DNA of 58,559 bases from an uncultured Desulfobacteraceae bacterium (GTDB taxonomy: Bacteria; Desulfobacterota; Desulfobacteria; Desulfobacterales; UBA2156), in NCBI GenBank assembly GCA_964596535.1, contig CAZQUR010000005.1, forward strand, positions 1 to 58,559, given 5' to 3'. Shown here piece after piece: positions 18,220-27,840 of this stretch. The notes beneath the pieces were generated by a model, which ran no database searches, had not been told where the DNA came from, and saw only the letters and a program-made list of their open reading frames with translations. Numbering within the stretch: position 1 is the stretch's first letter; the number at the start of each line of letters is the position of its first letter. The translations under genes were made by a program, and so were the position numbers.

Positions 18220-19541
18220 GCCACGAACTGATCGCACTTTTCATCTTCTCTTCCATGATGCTCATGCTCCTTACCGGGCAACGGGTCTTTGCCGCCATCG
18301 GCGGCGTGGCCACCTTGTTCGCCCTCATGTTATGGGGGAAAGGCGCCTATGAAATGCCCTTCAATGCGAGCTTTGTCCTTTTGAACTGGTACCCGCTGCT
18401 CACCCTGCCGCTCTTTATCTATATGGGGTATATGTTTTCCGAGTCGGGCATCGCCGGTGATCTCTACCGCATGTTCCACGTATGGATGGGCCCGATCCCA
18501 GGGGGGTTGGCCGTGGGGACCATCGGCTTGATGGTGGCCGTCTCCGCCATGAACGGATTGAGCGTGGCGGGCATGGCCATCGGCGCCAGCATTGCTTTGC
18601 CGGAAATGCTGAAACGAAAATACGACAAGATCATGATCACCGGGGTCATCCAGGCCGGGAGTTCTCTGGGGATCATGGTGCCGCCCAGCGTGGTTCTGGT
18701 GCTTTACGGCATGATCGCCCGTCAACCGGTGGGCCATTTGTGGATGGCCGGTGTCTTGCCCGGATTTCTGCTGGCGGGCTTGTTCGTCTTGTATATTCTC
18801 ATCCGCTGCAAACTGCAGCCGCAACTGGGGCCGGTTTTACCCATCGAGGAACGGCGACTCATTTCCTGGGGAGAACGATTCCGCCTCCTGCGGGCGGGGA
18901 TCGTCCCGCTGGTGATCATTTTCTCCATGACCGGATTGTTTTTGATGGGGGTCACCAGCCTGGTGGAATGCGCCGCCGCGGGCGCCGCGGCCACCACCCT
19001 CGCCGCCGCGGTGAATCGCCGCCTGAACCGTCGTGTCATCGAAGACACCCTCCGGAACACGTTGAGCGTGAGCTGCATGTTCATGTGGGTGATTCTGGCC
19101 GCCCTTTGCTTCGGGGCCGTCTTCGACGGGCTCGGCGCCGTCCATGCCATCGAAACCCTGTTCATCAAGAAGTGGGAGCTGAGTCCGTGGCACGTGCTGG
19201 TCATGATGCAGCTCACCTACATCCTGATGGGGATGTTTCTGGACGATACGGCCATGCTCATCATCGTGGCCCCTTTGTATGTGCCGCTGGTCATCAAACT
19301 CGGTTTCAACCCCATCTGGTACGGCGTGCTGTATACCATCACCTGTCAGATCGCCTATATGACGCCGCCCTTCGGCTATAATCTCTTCTTGATGAAGGCC
19401 ATGGCGCCGCCGGAAGTCTCCCTGGCGGACATCTACCGTTCCATCATTCCCTTTGTCTTGGTGATGATGCTGGGACTGGCCATCGTCATCATCTTTCCGC
19501 AGATTGCCCTGTGGCTGCCTGAAATCTACTTTGCAAGATAA
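18216..19541 (+). CDS. TRAP transporter large permease (DctM family)
   Basis: 441 aa, polytopic membrane protein in the typical DctM position and of typical length. Confidence 0.8.
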   Translation: MSHELIALFIFSSMMLMLLTGQRVFAAIGGVATLFALMLWGKGAYEMPFNASFVLLNWYPLLTLPLFIYMGYMFSESGIAGDLYRMFHVWMGPIPGGLAVGTIGLMVAVSAMNGLSVAGMAIGASIALPEMLKRKYDKIMITGVIQAGSSLGIMVPPSVVLVLYGMIARQPVGHLWMAGVLPGFLLAGLFVLYILIRCKLQPQLGPVLPIEERRLISWGERFRLLRAGIVPLVIIFSMTGLFLMGVTSLVECAAAGAAATTLAAAVNRRLNRRVIEDTLRNTLSVSCMFMWVILAALCFGAVFDGLGAVHAIETLFIKKWELSPWHVLVMMQLTYILMGMFLDDTAMLIIVAPLYVPLVIKLGFNPIWYGVLYTITCQIAYMTPPFGYNLFLMKAMAPPEVSLADIYRSIIPFVLVMMLGLAIVIIFPQIALWLPEIYFAR

Positions 19542-19571
19542 ATCGATCGGTGATATTAAAGGACTGATAAA

Positions 19572-20093
19572 ATGAAGCTCCCGGACGTCCGGATAAAAAA
19601 GATTCTGTACGCCACCGACCTTTCGGAAAGCGCCGTTCACGCCTTTGCCTATGCGGTGAATCTTGCCCATACCTACGGTGCCGGCATTACCATCCTTCAC
19701 GTCATGGCCGAGTTCCCCGGGGAAAATTTCATTTTGAACATGATCCATACCGACACCTGGAAAACAATCCGGCGGCGGTATTATGCGGAGGCCCGGGAAG
19801 AGCTCATGGACGAGAAACAGGACCATCTCGCATTGAAGGAAGTCCTCCGGGCCTTCTCCGAAGAGATCCAAAACAGTGCCCCGAACCAGACGTTCTCCAC
19901 CGATGAAATCATCATCAAAAGCGGACCCACGGCTGAGATGATCGTCGAAACCGCAAAAAAACGGCATTGCGACCTCATCGTCATGGGAACACACGGTCAA
20001 AGCGCCCTTGCGGATGTGCTGATCGGCAGCACGGCCCGATGGGTCGTACGACACGCGACCATCCCGGTTCTGGTGATCCGTTTACCGGAATAA
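19572..20093 (+). CDS. Universal stress protein (UspA family)
   Basis: 173 aa. Has ILYATDLSE...ILHV...DLIVMGTHGQS...GSTARWVVRHATIPVLV, the hallmark Usp ATP-binding pattern. Confidence 0.8.
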   Translation: MKLPDVRIKKILYATDLSESAVHAFAYAVNLAHTYGAGITILHVMAEFPGENFILNMIHTDTWKTIRRRYYAEAREELMDEKQDHLALKEVLRAFSEEIQNSAPNQTFSTDEIIIKSGPTAEMIVETAKKRHCDLIVMGTHGQSALADVLIGSTARWVVRHATIPVLVIRLPE

Positions 20094-20144
20094 TCCCTGA
20101 CCGGGCGTACGGCCGGTGATGAGGCAAGATTGGTCCGGGCCCAT

Positions 20145-20879
20145 ATGCGAACACGGCTGATTCCCTTTACCATCATTTGGGATTTCGACGGGACCCTGCT
20201 TCCCTCCGATCCTTACGACAGCGAACACACCCTGCTGCTTTCCGGCGTACAGGCACCCGGGGAGAAATTGTCACCCCCCAAACGCATCGTGGCCAACGCC
20301 ATCATTTTCATGGACCGCCGAAAATGGATGGGGCCTGCTTTCAAAAAATATTACGCATGGGTCCTTTCAGGAACCCCCTTGAGCCGCATTGAAGAGGTCT
20401 CGAAACGATTGGCCCGAAAAATAAGTGACGCGGATCGGGCCGCCCTCCGGTGGCTTTTCAATGCCGGGCACCCCATGATGATCGTCAGCTGCGGAACGAC
20501 GAATCTGATCGAACGCATCCTGGAGCTTGCCGGCATAAAATCGTGCTTTGTGCGCATCGAGGGAAACCGCCTCCTTTCCGCCGATGGACGGATCACCGGC
20601 ATTGAAAGACGCATCATACACCCTGCAGACAAGTTGAAGCCGGTGAGAGAACAATGCCTTGACTCCGATCGGGTCATTGCCGTGGGGGATGGATACACGG
20701 ATCTTCCCCTCCTTGCCTGGGCCGGGGTGCCGGTGCTGATGGATCGATCCCGGCGAAAAGGGAAACCGCGCACTTCGGGCCGTTACCATGGCATCGCTTC
20801 CATTCCGGAGATTGTGGGGTTGATCGACAGGCTCTCCGCAAAGACCGGAGGGTGCCCATCCCGGGGAAGGGAAAAATGA
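20145..20879 (+). CDS. HAD-IB-type hydrolase (phosphoserine-phosphatase-like)
   Basis: Has the DFDGTL nucleophile motif, VSCGT, and the distal GDGYTDLPLL motif. Start trimmed to the first ATG; the track start is TTG 20130. Confidence 0.65.
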   Translation: MRTRLIPFTIIWDFDGTLLPSDPYDSEHTLLLSGVQAPGEKLSPPKRIVANAIIFMDRRKWMGPAFKKYYAWVLSGTPLSRIEEVSKRLARKISDADRAALRWLFNAGHPMMIVSCGTTNLIERILELAGIKSCFVRIEGNRLLSADGRITGIERRIIHPADKLKPVREQCLDSDRVIAVGDGYTDLPLLAWAGVPVLMDRSRRKGKPRTSGRYHGIASIPEIVGLIDRLSAKTGGCPSRGREK

Positions 20880-21871
20880 AGCAAAAGGCGCTGGTCGTCT
20901 TCGACATGGATGGCGTACTGGTGGACGTTTCCGGCTCTTATCGGGAAACGGTGCGCCGGACGGCACGATTGTTTTTCAAAGGGGCGAGGGGATGGGAATC
21001 GCTTCCGGAACCCATTTTTCCCCTTTCGGATCTGGCCCGTGTCAAGCAACGGGGCGGGCTGAATAATGACTGGGATTTGACGGCCGCCGTCCTCAGCATG
21101 TTATGTTTTCTCGTGGAAGACCTCTCCCCTTTTTCGGCTCCGGATCCCTGGCCGGAATACCGCCTCCGGATTTCCCGGGCCAACGTACTCGCGTTGGCCC
21201 GGTTTTTAAAAAACACGCCTTTTCCCCTGAGCCGGCTCCTGGAAAAACCAACCGGGACCCTTCACGATTTTGTGATGGCCTGCACCCACAGGGACGTGGG
21301 AAGCGGAAACATCATCAAGCAGATCTTCCAGGAAATTTATCTGGGCCCCCGTCTGTTTCAAAAAACATACGGACTGTCGCCCCTTGTGTATCATGGAGAG
21401 GGACGGATCGACAGGGAACGTCTTTTGATCGATCCCAAAATCCTGGAACAGCTTTTTCGACGCCATATTTTGGCCATCGCCACGGGCCGTCCGAAATCAG
21501 AGGCCGATTATCCCCTGCACCGGTTCGGTGTGCGGCGATTCTTCTCGGCCGTCTACACTCTGGACGACTGTTTGGAAGCGGAAAAAAGACGCTTGGATAC
21601 CGGAGAAGAAAACGTCTCCTTGAGCAAACCCCATCCCTTCATGCTGGAGGCCCTGGAAACCGCCGTTGGAAAGGATGCGTCAAGATTTTACTACCTCGGC
21701 GATATGCCCGACGACATGATCGCCGCGGCGAGGGCATCGGCGGCCTTTGCGGGCATCGGCGTTACGGTCGCTTCTTCCGATAAAGCCGGGCTTGCCGAAG
21801 CGCTTCGAAACGCCGGCGCCGCCACGGTCATCGATGACTTCCGCCGGCTTCCGGCCCTCCTGGATTCCTAG
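20876..21871 (+). CDS. HAD-family hydrolase with large cap insertion
   Basis: Has FDMDGVLVD, IATGRP and YLGDMPDDM motifs. The ATG at 20876 overlaps the preceding stop as ATGA. Confidence 0.65.
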   Translation: MKQKALVVFDMDGVLVDVSGSYRETVRRTARLFFKGARGWESLPEPIFPLSDLARVKQRGGLNNDWDLTAAVLSMLCFLVEDLSPFSAPDPWPEYRLRISRANVLALARFLKNTPFPLSRLLEKPTGTLHDFVMACTHRDVGSGNIIKQIFQEIYLGPRLFQKTYGLSPLVYHGEGRIDRERLLIDPKILEQLFRRHILAIATGRPKSEADYPLHRFGVRRFFSAVYTLDDCLEAEKRRLDTGEENVSLSKPHPFMLEALETAVGKDASRFYYLGDMPDDMIAAARASAAFAGIGVTVASSDKAGLAEALRNAGAATVIDDFRRLPALLDS

Positions 21872-21880
21872 CGGACGAAC

Positions 21881-23623
21881 CTAGACTTCCGCCGTCAGTC
21901 CCTTCAGGCGCCCCCCCGTCTTGAGGGAGACGATCTTCAACACACCCAGCATGGCCAGCACAATTAAAATGATGCATGTGCACATGGCGTTGGCGCTCGC
22001 GGTCCAGCCGTCGTTGTCCAGCATGATGATTTCAATGGCCGCCAGGTGAACCGTCGCCGAGACCAGGAAAATAACGGCACTGATGGTGGTCATGGATCTC
22101 ATGAAAAAATAAAGAAAATTCTGGAAAAAGGCGACCCGGGAAAGGGGAAAGATGATTTTAAAAAAGGTTCGAAAGGCATCCCCGCCGAGACTGATGGAGG
22201 CCTCCTCGATGGAAGGATCGATGTTCCGCAAATTGGAAATGCTGGACAAGATCCCCAGGGTGAAATTACAGATGATGATATTGATGACGATGATCCATGG
22301 CGTTCCATAAAAAAAATAGTGCGGCTTATTGAAGGCCAGGATATATCCCAGCCCCATGACCAGGCCGGGGATGGCGGCGGGCATGACGGAAAGCAGGTAA
22401 ACAAATTGTTTAAAAAACGGCTTCCGTGTTTCCATGACATACGCGGCCACCAGTGTGAGGAAGGCGCCGGCGATGCCGACCACCAGGGATACCCAGACAC
22501 TTGTCCAGAGGGCCGAATACCCGGCGATGGAAGGAAATTGATAATGCTGGAGCGTCAGGGACCAGTCATAGGGCCAGACCTTGACAAAGGATCCGAAGAC
22601 GACCGTGACGAAAATCACGATAATGGACACGGCAATCAGGCTGCAAAAGATCGTATACCCGAACTTTTTCAACGGTCTTGACGGCGGGATCACCGGTTTG
22701 GCCGCACCGCTGATCATGGAAAAGGACTTTCGGGAAATATAATAGTTCAGAACGAAGGCCATGAGGGACGGCACCAGTAATATGATGCTGATGGTGGCCC
22801 CCAGATCGAAACGGTACAGATTGGTGACCTGGGCGTAAATTTCGGTGGCCAGGACATTGTAGTCGCCGCCGATGACCACCGGATTCCCGAAGTCCGTGAT
22901 GGTCAGGTTGAAGGTCAATGCAGCGGCACTGAAGATACCGTATTTGGCGGAAGGGAGCGTAATGCGGGTGAACACCTTGAAGGGGGTGGCCCCAAGGCTT
23001 TCGGCGGCCTCGTCGAGGCGGATGTCCACCGCGGAAAGGGTCGTATATAAAATCACGTAGGAATGCGGCAGGCAGTATAGCACTTCCGAGACAATAATCC
23101 CCGTCGGACCGTAGATACTCCAGTCCGTTTGCAGGAAATGCGCCGTGATCAATCCGTTGCGCCCGAAAAGATAAATCAGGGCAAGCGCCTGGACGATGGA
23201 AGGGGCCACCAGCGGCATCATGATAATGTTCCGGAAAAAGCCTTTTCCCGCGATGGTGGTCCGCGTCATACCAAACGCGAAAAAGAAGGTGATGACGGTG
23301 ACAATGATCGTGGTGGTAAAAGCCACATAAAGGCTGTGCCAGAGCGCCCTCAGGGTGTAGCCCGTGGTGAAATATTTTTGAAAATTGTCGAAAGTGAAAT
23401 TGGAAAGGGCGAACTCGCCCCCTTTGAAAAAGCTCAGCTTGAGAATGGCCGACAGGGGAAAGAGCATAAAAAAGGAAAGGAGCAAAGCGATGAAAATCGT
23501 TACGGCCGGGATGACAAACCGATCGACTTCCATCCGTAGGGGCGAGACCTGATATCGCCCCAAAACGTCGCTGCCGTTGGAATTTGACGCCATACCTGAT
23601 CTGGTTTTTGGGGGAAATACCAT
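21881..23623 (-). CDS. ABC transporter fused double permease (iron(III)/2-aminoethylphosphonate/polyamine-type)
   Basis: 580 aa with about 12 hydrophobic segments, i.e. two tandem binding-protein-dependent permease modules. An alternative start is ATG 23593. Confidence 0.75.
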   Translation of the reverse strand: MVFPPKTRSGMASNSNGSDVLGRYQVSPLRMEVDRFVIPAVTIFIALLLSFFMLFPLSAILKLSFFKGGEFALSNFTFDNFQKYFTTGYTLRALWHSLYVAFTTTIIVTVITFFFAFGMTRTTIAGKGFFRNIIMMPLVAPSIVQALALIYLFGRNGLITAHFLQTDWSIYGPTGIIVSEVLYCLPHSYVILYTTLSAVDIRLDEAAESLGATPFKVFTRITLPSAKYGIFSAAALTFNLTITDFGNPVVIGGDYNVLATEIYAQVTNLYRFDLGATISIILLVPSLMAFVLNYYISRKSFSMISGAAKPVIPPSRPLKKFGYTIFCSLIAVSIIVIFVTVVFGSFVKVWPYDWSLTLQHYQFPSIAGYSALWTSVWVSLVVGIAGAFLTLVAAYVMETRKPFFKQFVYLLSVMPAAIPGLVMGLGYILAFNKPHYFFYGTPWIIVINIIICNFTLGILSSISNLRNIDPSIEEASISLGGDAFRTFFKIIFPLSRVAFFQNFLYFFMRSMTTISAVIFLVSATVHLAAIEIIMLDNDGWTASANAMCTCIILIVLAMLGVLKIVSLKTGGRLKGLTAEV

Positions 23624-23632
23624 GCGGTTTTC

Positions 23633-24721
23633 TTAAATGAGTTTTCTGAAATGTTCCGTGTAAATGTGAAAGGCGTCCGGAGGAAAGTAAAGGCGGATCG
23701 GATCCCGGCGTTTCAGGTTGCGCCTGCCAAACTCCTTTTCGGAGATATCCACCAGCATCTCCTCGTCTTCCAGCATGAAGGTGATTCTGACCACGGCGCC
23801 CAGGAAATTGATGACCTCCACGTGCGTTTCGATAATGTTTTCGGTAATCAAATCCTCCGGAAGGTCTTCCGATAAAAGCACGTCGATATTTTCGGGGCGA
23901 ATGGCCAGGTAGACCGTTTCGCTTTCAATGGATTCGATCCCGGATACGGCGATTTTCCTGGAACCGAATCGGACGCGGCCGTCTTCTTTTTTACCTGTGA
24001 TAAAATTGGAGGTTCCCACAAAACCGGCAATGAAGCTGGTTTTCGGTCTTCTGTAGATCTCCCAGGGAGAACCGATCTGGCGAAATTCCCCGTCCCGCAT
24101 GACCACCACCCGATCCGCCAGGGCCAGCGCTTCTTCCTGGTCGTGGGTGACGTAGATCAAGGTGATGCCGAGATCTTCCTGGAGACGCTTGATGACGGTT
24201 CTCAAGCGGATCCGGATTTTGGCATCTAGGGCGCTCAACGGTTCGTCCAACAGAAGGATTTTGGGTTTGATGGCAATCGCCCTGCCCAAGGCCACCCGCT
24301 GCTGCTGCCCCCCGGACAACTGGGACGGATAATGGTCTTCCCACCCTACCAGGCCGATGAGTCCCAGTATCTCTTTCACCCGCTCATCGATCCGCTTTTG
24401 GGGGACTTTCCGCATTTTCAGCCCGAATGCGATATTCTGGCTCACCGTCATGTTGGGAAAAAGGGCATAGGATTGAAAAACAATGCCGAACTCCCTTTTT
24501 TGGGGGATGACGTTATTGATGACCGCGCCGTCATAGAGAATCTTTCCGGAAGTGATTTCTTCAAATCCGGTGATCATCCTCAGGAGGGTCGTTTTTCCGC
24601 ATCCGCTCGGACCCAAAAAACATAAAAATTCCGCCGGTTCGATCTCCAGGCTGACGTTGTTGACGGCGATCAGAGAACCGTAGTGCTTGCTCACATTTTC
24701 CAGGATCAGCTTTTTCGACAT
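23633..24721 (-). CDS. ABC transporter ATP-binding protein (PotA/FbpC-like)
   Basis: Has Walker A GPSGCGKTT, signature LSGGQQQRVAL and Walker B LLLDEPLSALD. A C-terminal TOBE-like regulatory domain is present. Confidence 0.85.
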   Translation of the reverse strand: MSKKLILENVSKHYGSLIAVNNVSLEIEPAEFLCFLGPSGCGKTTLLRMITGFEEITSGKILYDGAVINNVIPQKREFGIVFQSYALFPNMTVSQNIAFGLKMRKVPQKRIDERVKEILGLIGLVGWEDHYPSQLSGGQQQRVALGRAIAIKPKILLLDEPLSALDAKIRIRLRTVIKRLQEDLGITLIYVTHDQEEALALADRVVVMRDGEFRQIGSPWEIYRRPKTSFIAGFVGTSNFITGKKEDGRVRFGSRKIAVSGIESIESETVYLAIRPENIDVLLSEDLPEDLITENIIETHVEVINFLGAVVRITFMLEDEEMLVDISEKEFGRRNLKRRDPIRLYFPPDAFHIYTEHFRKLI

Positions 24722-24815
24722 CTTCGCCTGGTATTCTCCTTAAAAAGAAGGGTTTGGAATACTCAAAACGGCCGGTAAAAACGGCGAAACGGTTTTTAGA
24801 CATATTCAGCGCGGG

Positions 24816-24907
24816 GATCGCCTCATCAAGTCCCCGAAAGGATCGATGAGGCGATCGATTGAATGCGCAATTTGAACGGAACGCTTCCCGCCCTTGAGGG
24901 CGGGAGG
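24816..24907 (-). other. Two intercistronic stem-loops between the binding-protein and ATPase genes
   Basis: GATCGCCTCATC (24816-24827) pairs with GATGAGGCGATC (24845-24856). TCCCGCCC pairs with GGGCGGGA (24886-24905), directly downstream of the SBP stop. No U-tract follows either. Confidence 0.55.
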
Positions 24908-24914
24908 ACTCTGT

Positions 24915-25940
24915 TTATTTCATGAAAAGATTTTGCCACACTTCCAGGATTTTTTCCCGGTTTTCCGACTGCCAGGGAAAGTCCATGGGCGCGAGCTTGA
25001 CGGTCTCAAGGACCGGCAGGTCTTCGGGCCCGGGAATACCGGGGTAAGTTACGCCGAGCTTGAACGTGGCATAGCGCGTCATGGCACTCTTGCTGATGGC
25101 CCAGTCCAAAAATTTCATGGCCGCCTTTTCGTTCCTGGCGCCTTTCAAAAGGGCATTGGCTTCCAGTTCATAACCGGCACCTTCTTCGGGCATCACCAGG
25201 GCCACTGGAAACCCTTTTTTCTTTAACGAAGAATAGACAAAGGCAAAAGAACAACCGATGGCATATTCGCCGGCGGCCGTGAGCTTGGCCGGTTTTGAAC
25301 CGCTTTTGATGTACTGGCCCATATTTTTATCCAGCTTTTTTAAAAAGTCCCACGCCTTGTTTTCTTCCACCGGCTTGTTCTTATAGTCGGGGTCCAGAAG
25401 CACCAGGAGGCTGGCCACCTGGAGGAATCCCGTTCCGGAGCTGGCCGGGTTGGGCATAATCAACATTCCCTTATAGGCGGGGTTGAGAAGATCGTTCCAT
25501 CCCTTGGGCATGGGAAGGCCCTTTTCCTCCAGGACCTTGGTATTGGGAACAATGGCGGCGGCGTACAAATCAATGGCGGTCCAGTAGCCGTCGGGATCCT
25601 TGAATCTGGCGGGAATTTTATCCCAGCCGTTGGGCTTATACGGCTTCAACATGCCCTTGGGAACGAATTCGGACATGTTGGTGACGGCCCACCCCCAAAT
25701 ACAGTCGGCCTGTGGATTCTCCCTTTCGGCCAGCATCCGGGCACCGAGCTCGCCCGTGGACAACCGGATGGCATGAATATCCAAATCCGGCAGTTCCTTC
25801 TTGGCCAGCTCGAGATAATCCACCACCTCTTCGTTCTCCAAAGAAGTATACACGACGACCTGGTCTTTTGCCGTCGCACCGGTGACGGCTGAGACGATGA
25901 GGAGCATGACACACAGAACGGACAAAATCGCTTTTTTCAT
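24915..25940 (-). CDS. ABC transporter periplasmic substrate-binding protein (family 1, Fe3+/2-AEP/thiamine-like)
   Basis: Start trimmed to ATG 25940, preceded by AGGAGG. Has signal peptide MKKAILSVLCVMLLIVSAVTGATA. It is the first gene of the ABC operon. Confidence 0.75.
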   Translation of the reverse strand: MKKAILSVLCVMLLIVSAVTGATAKDQVVVYTSLENEEVVDYLELAKKELPDLDIHAIRLSTGELGARMLAERENPQADCIWGWAVTNMSEFVPKGMLKPYKPNGWDKIPARFKDPDGYWTAIDLYAAAIVPNTKVLEEKGLPMPKGWNDLLNPAYKGMLIMPNPASSGTGFLQVASLLVLLDPDYKNKPVEENKAWDFLKKLDKNMGQYIKSGSKPAKLTAAGEYAIGCSFAFVYSSLKKKGFPVALVMPEEGAGYELEANALLKGARNEKAAMKFLDWAISKSAMTRYATFKLGVTYPGIPGPEDLPVLETVKLAPMDFPWQSENREKILEVWQNLFMK

Positions 25941-25988
25941 TGGACGCCTCCTTGGGTTGAATGGGAAGGTACGCTTTGGAACGGGTAT

Positions 25989-26005
25989 TATAGATGAATA
26001 GACAT
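25989..26005 (+). promoter_or_regulatory. Candidate GntR/HutC operator, copy C (TATAGATGAATAGACAT)
   Basis: Lies 49-65 nt upstream of the SBP start codon. It is extended by an inverted TAGATG...CATCTA arrangement (25991-26008). A minus-strand TATAAT (25992-25987) overlaps it. Confidence 0.6.
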
Positions 26006-26074
26006 CTATCATATCATAATTGAATGTCAATAAAAATGTGGTTCGCCCCTTTGTTCATACGCTCTTGGCCGCGC

Positions 26075-26854
26075 TCACTCCGGTATCTCTCCTACACCGG
26101 AAAGCATATACCGGGGCTGATAGGCGTAATTTTGAAGATCTTCCCGGGCGGTCACCCCGGAAAGCACCAAAACGGTATCCATCCCCGAATGGATTCCGGC
26201 GATGATGTCGGTTTCCATACGGTCCCCCACAATGGCGGTCTCTTCACGGCTGCATCCCAGCATCCTCAGGGCATGCCGCATCATGAGGGGATTGGGCTTT
26301 CCCAAAAAGTAGGCCTTTTTTCCGGCCGCCAGTTCAATGGGGGCAATAAGGGACCCGGTTCCCGGAACAACCTCTTTTCCCATGGAATCCGTCAGGTCCG
26401 GGTTGGTACCGATCAACCGGGCCCCGGCACGCACCAGGTTGACGGCTTTTTCGATTTTTTCATACGAATAGGACCGGGTTTCGCCCACCACGACGTAATC
26501 CGGATTGACCTCGTTCATGGAAAATCCCGCCTCATATAAGGCGTTGATGAGTCCGGCTTCTCCGATGACGTAAACGGAACCGTTGGGCCGCTGAAAAGCC
26601 AGGAAACTCGCCGTGGCCAATGCACTGGTGTAAAAATGTCCCGGGTCCACTTGAATCCCGAGCCGGTCCAGTTTCTCTTTAAGCTCCCGGGGAGAGCGTT
26701 CACTGCTGTTGGTCAAGAATAAAAACTGTTTTCCCTTTGTCTTGAGCCAGTCCACAAATCGGTTCACTCCCGGCAGCAACCGATCGCCGTGATACAATAC
26801 CCCGTCCATGTCGCAGATAAACGCTTGCTTTGCCCGCAAGGATTCCAGTCCCAT
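26075..26854 (-). CDS. HAD-IIA hydrolase (NagD-like sugar/nucleotide phosphatase)
   Basis: Start trimmed to ATG 26854. Has FICDMDGVLYHG, FLTNSS and IVGDRMETDI motifs typical of the NagD/UmpH subfamily. Confidence 0.75.
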   Translation of the reverse strand: MGLESLRAKQAFICDMDGVLYHGDRLLPGVNRFVDWLKTKGKQFLFLTNSSERSPRELKEKLDRLGIQVDPGHFYTSALATASFLAFQRPNGSVYVIGEAGLINALYEAGFSMNEVNPDYVVVGETRSYSYEKIEKAVNLVRAGARLIGTNPDLTDSMGKEVVPGTGSLIAPIELAAGKKAYFLGKPNPLMMRHALRMLGCSREETAIVGDRMETDIIAGIHSGMDTVLVLSGVTAREDLQNYAYQPRYMLSGVGEIPE

Positions 26855-26895
26855 AGGGTTTTCTTTCCCTTTATCGAAACGGCGGTTCGAAGGGA

Positions 26896-27840
26896 TCAAT
26901 CCGGCACATAATATAAATTGCTGGCCACATAAAGGGCGATGGAAAAAAGACAGGCCAAAACCGGCGTGAGCCCCCATCCGATCACGATATTACCGAGCAT
27001 CCGCCGGTTCACCGTTTTCACGCTTCGAAGAATCCCGATCCCCAGGACAGCCCCCACCGTGGCGTGGGATGTGGAGACCGGAACACCGATCCAGGTAAAA
27101 ATGTGGACCGTCACCCCCATGGCGAGAACCACGACCAGCGCGGAATAGGGATCCACCCGGACCAGACGCCTTCCCACCGTCTCCATCACCGGCCGGCTGA
27201 AGGTCAAAATCCCCAGGGCGATACTCAGGCCGCCGAGGAGTGTGGCGTTGAACACCGTCATGGAACCGGCGCCCACGAAGACCGCCGAGACGTTGGCCAC
27301 GTTGTTCGCCCCCAAGGCATAGGCGCCGTAGGCGCCGGAACAGATCAGGCCGATTTTAAGAAGCCGGTCGGATTGGAAGAGGTTCAGATTCATTCGATTG
27401 TACACCGCCCCCAGGAGAGGATATAGCAGCATGGCGATGAGGGCCCCTCCAATTGGAGTGGCCACCCAGCAGGAGACGACCTTGCCCAAACCGGACAGGT
27501 CGAGCCTTTGACTCAGGATGCCGATTCCCAAAATCGCTCCCACAACGGCCTGGGATGTGGAGATGGGAAGTCCCAGAAGGGTCATGACCGTCACCGTCAG
27601 TGCGGCCGCCACGGAACAGATCACGGCCTTCTTGAGGTTGAACACCGTCAATCCCTGCAAGGTCTCTATCCCGGCCCGCCCCTCCAGGAGGGCGCCGGTG
27701 GCCACGAAAACGGCCCCGATCACCGCCGCGGTATAAAACTTTACCATTCGGGAGGAAACGGCCGTCCCGAAGGCATTGGCAGCGTCATTGGCGCCCAGGG
27801 ACCACCCTAAAAAAATCCCGCCGAGGAAAGAGGTGATCAT
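26896..27840 (-). CDS. Inorganic phosphate transporter, PiT family
   Basis: 314 aa membrane protein with duplicated GANDAANAF and GANNVANV signatures. Confidence 0.85.
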   Translation of the reverse strand: MITSFLGGIFLGWSLGANDAANAFGTAVSSRMVKFYTAAVIGAVFVATGALLEGRAGIETLQGLTVFNLKKAVICSVAAALTVTVMTLLGLPISTSQAVVGAILGIGILSQRLDLSGLGKVVSCWVATPIGGALIAMLLYPLLGAVYNRMNLNLFQSDRLLKIGLICSGAYGAYALGANNVANVSAVFVGAGSMTVFNATLLGGLSIALGILTFSRPVMETVGRRLVRVDPYSALVVVLAMGVTVHIFTWIGVPVSTSHATVGAVLGIGILRSVKTVNRRMLGNIVIGWGLTPVLACLFSIALYVASNLYYVPD

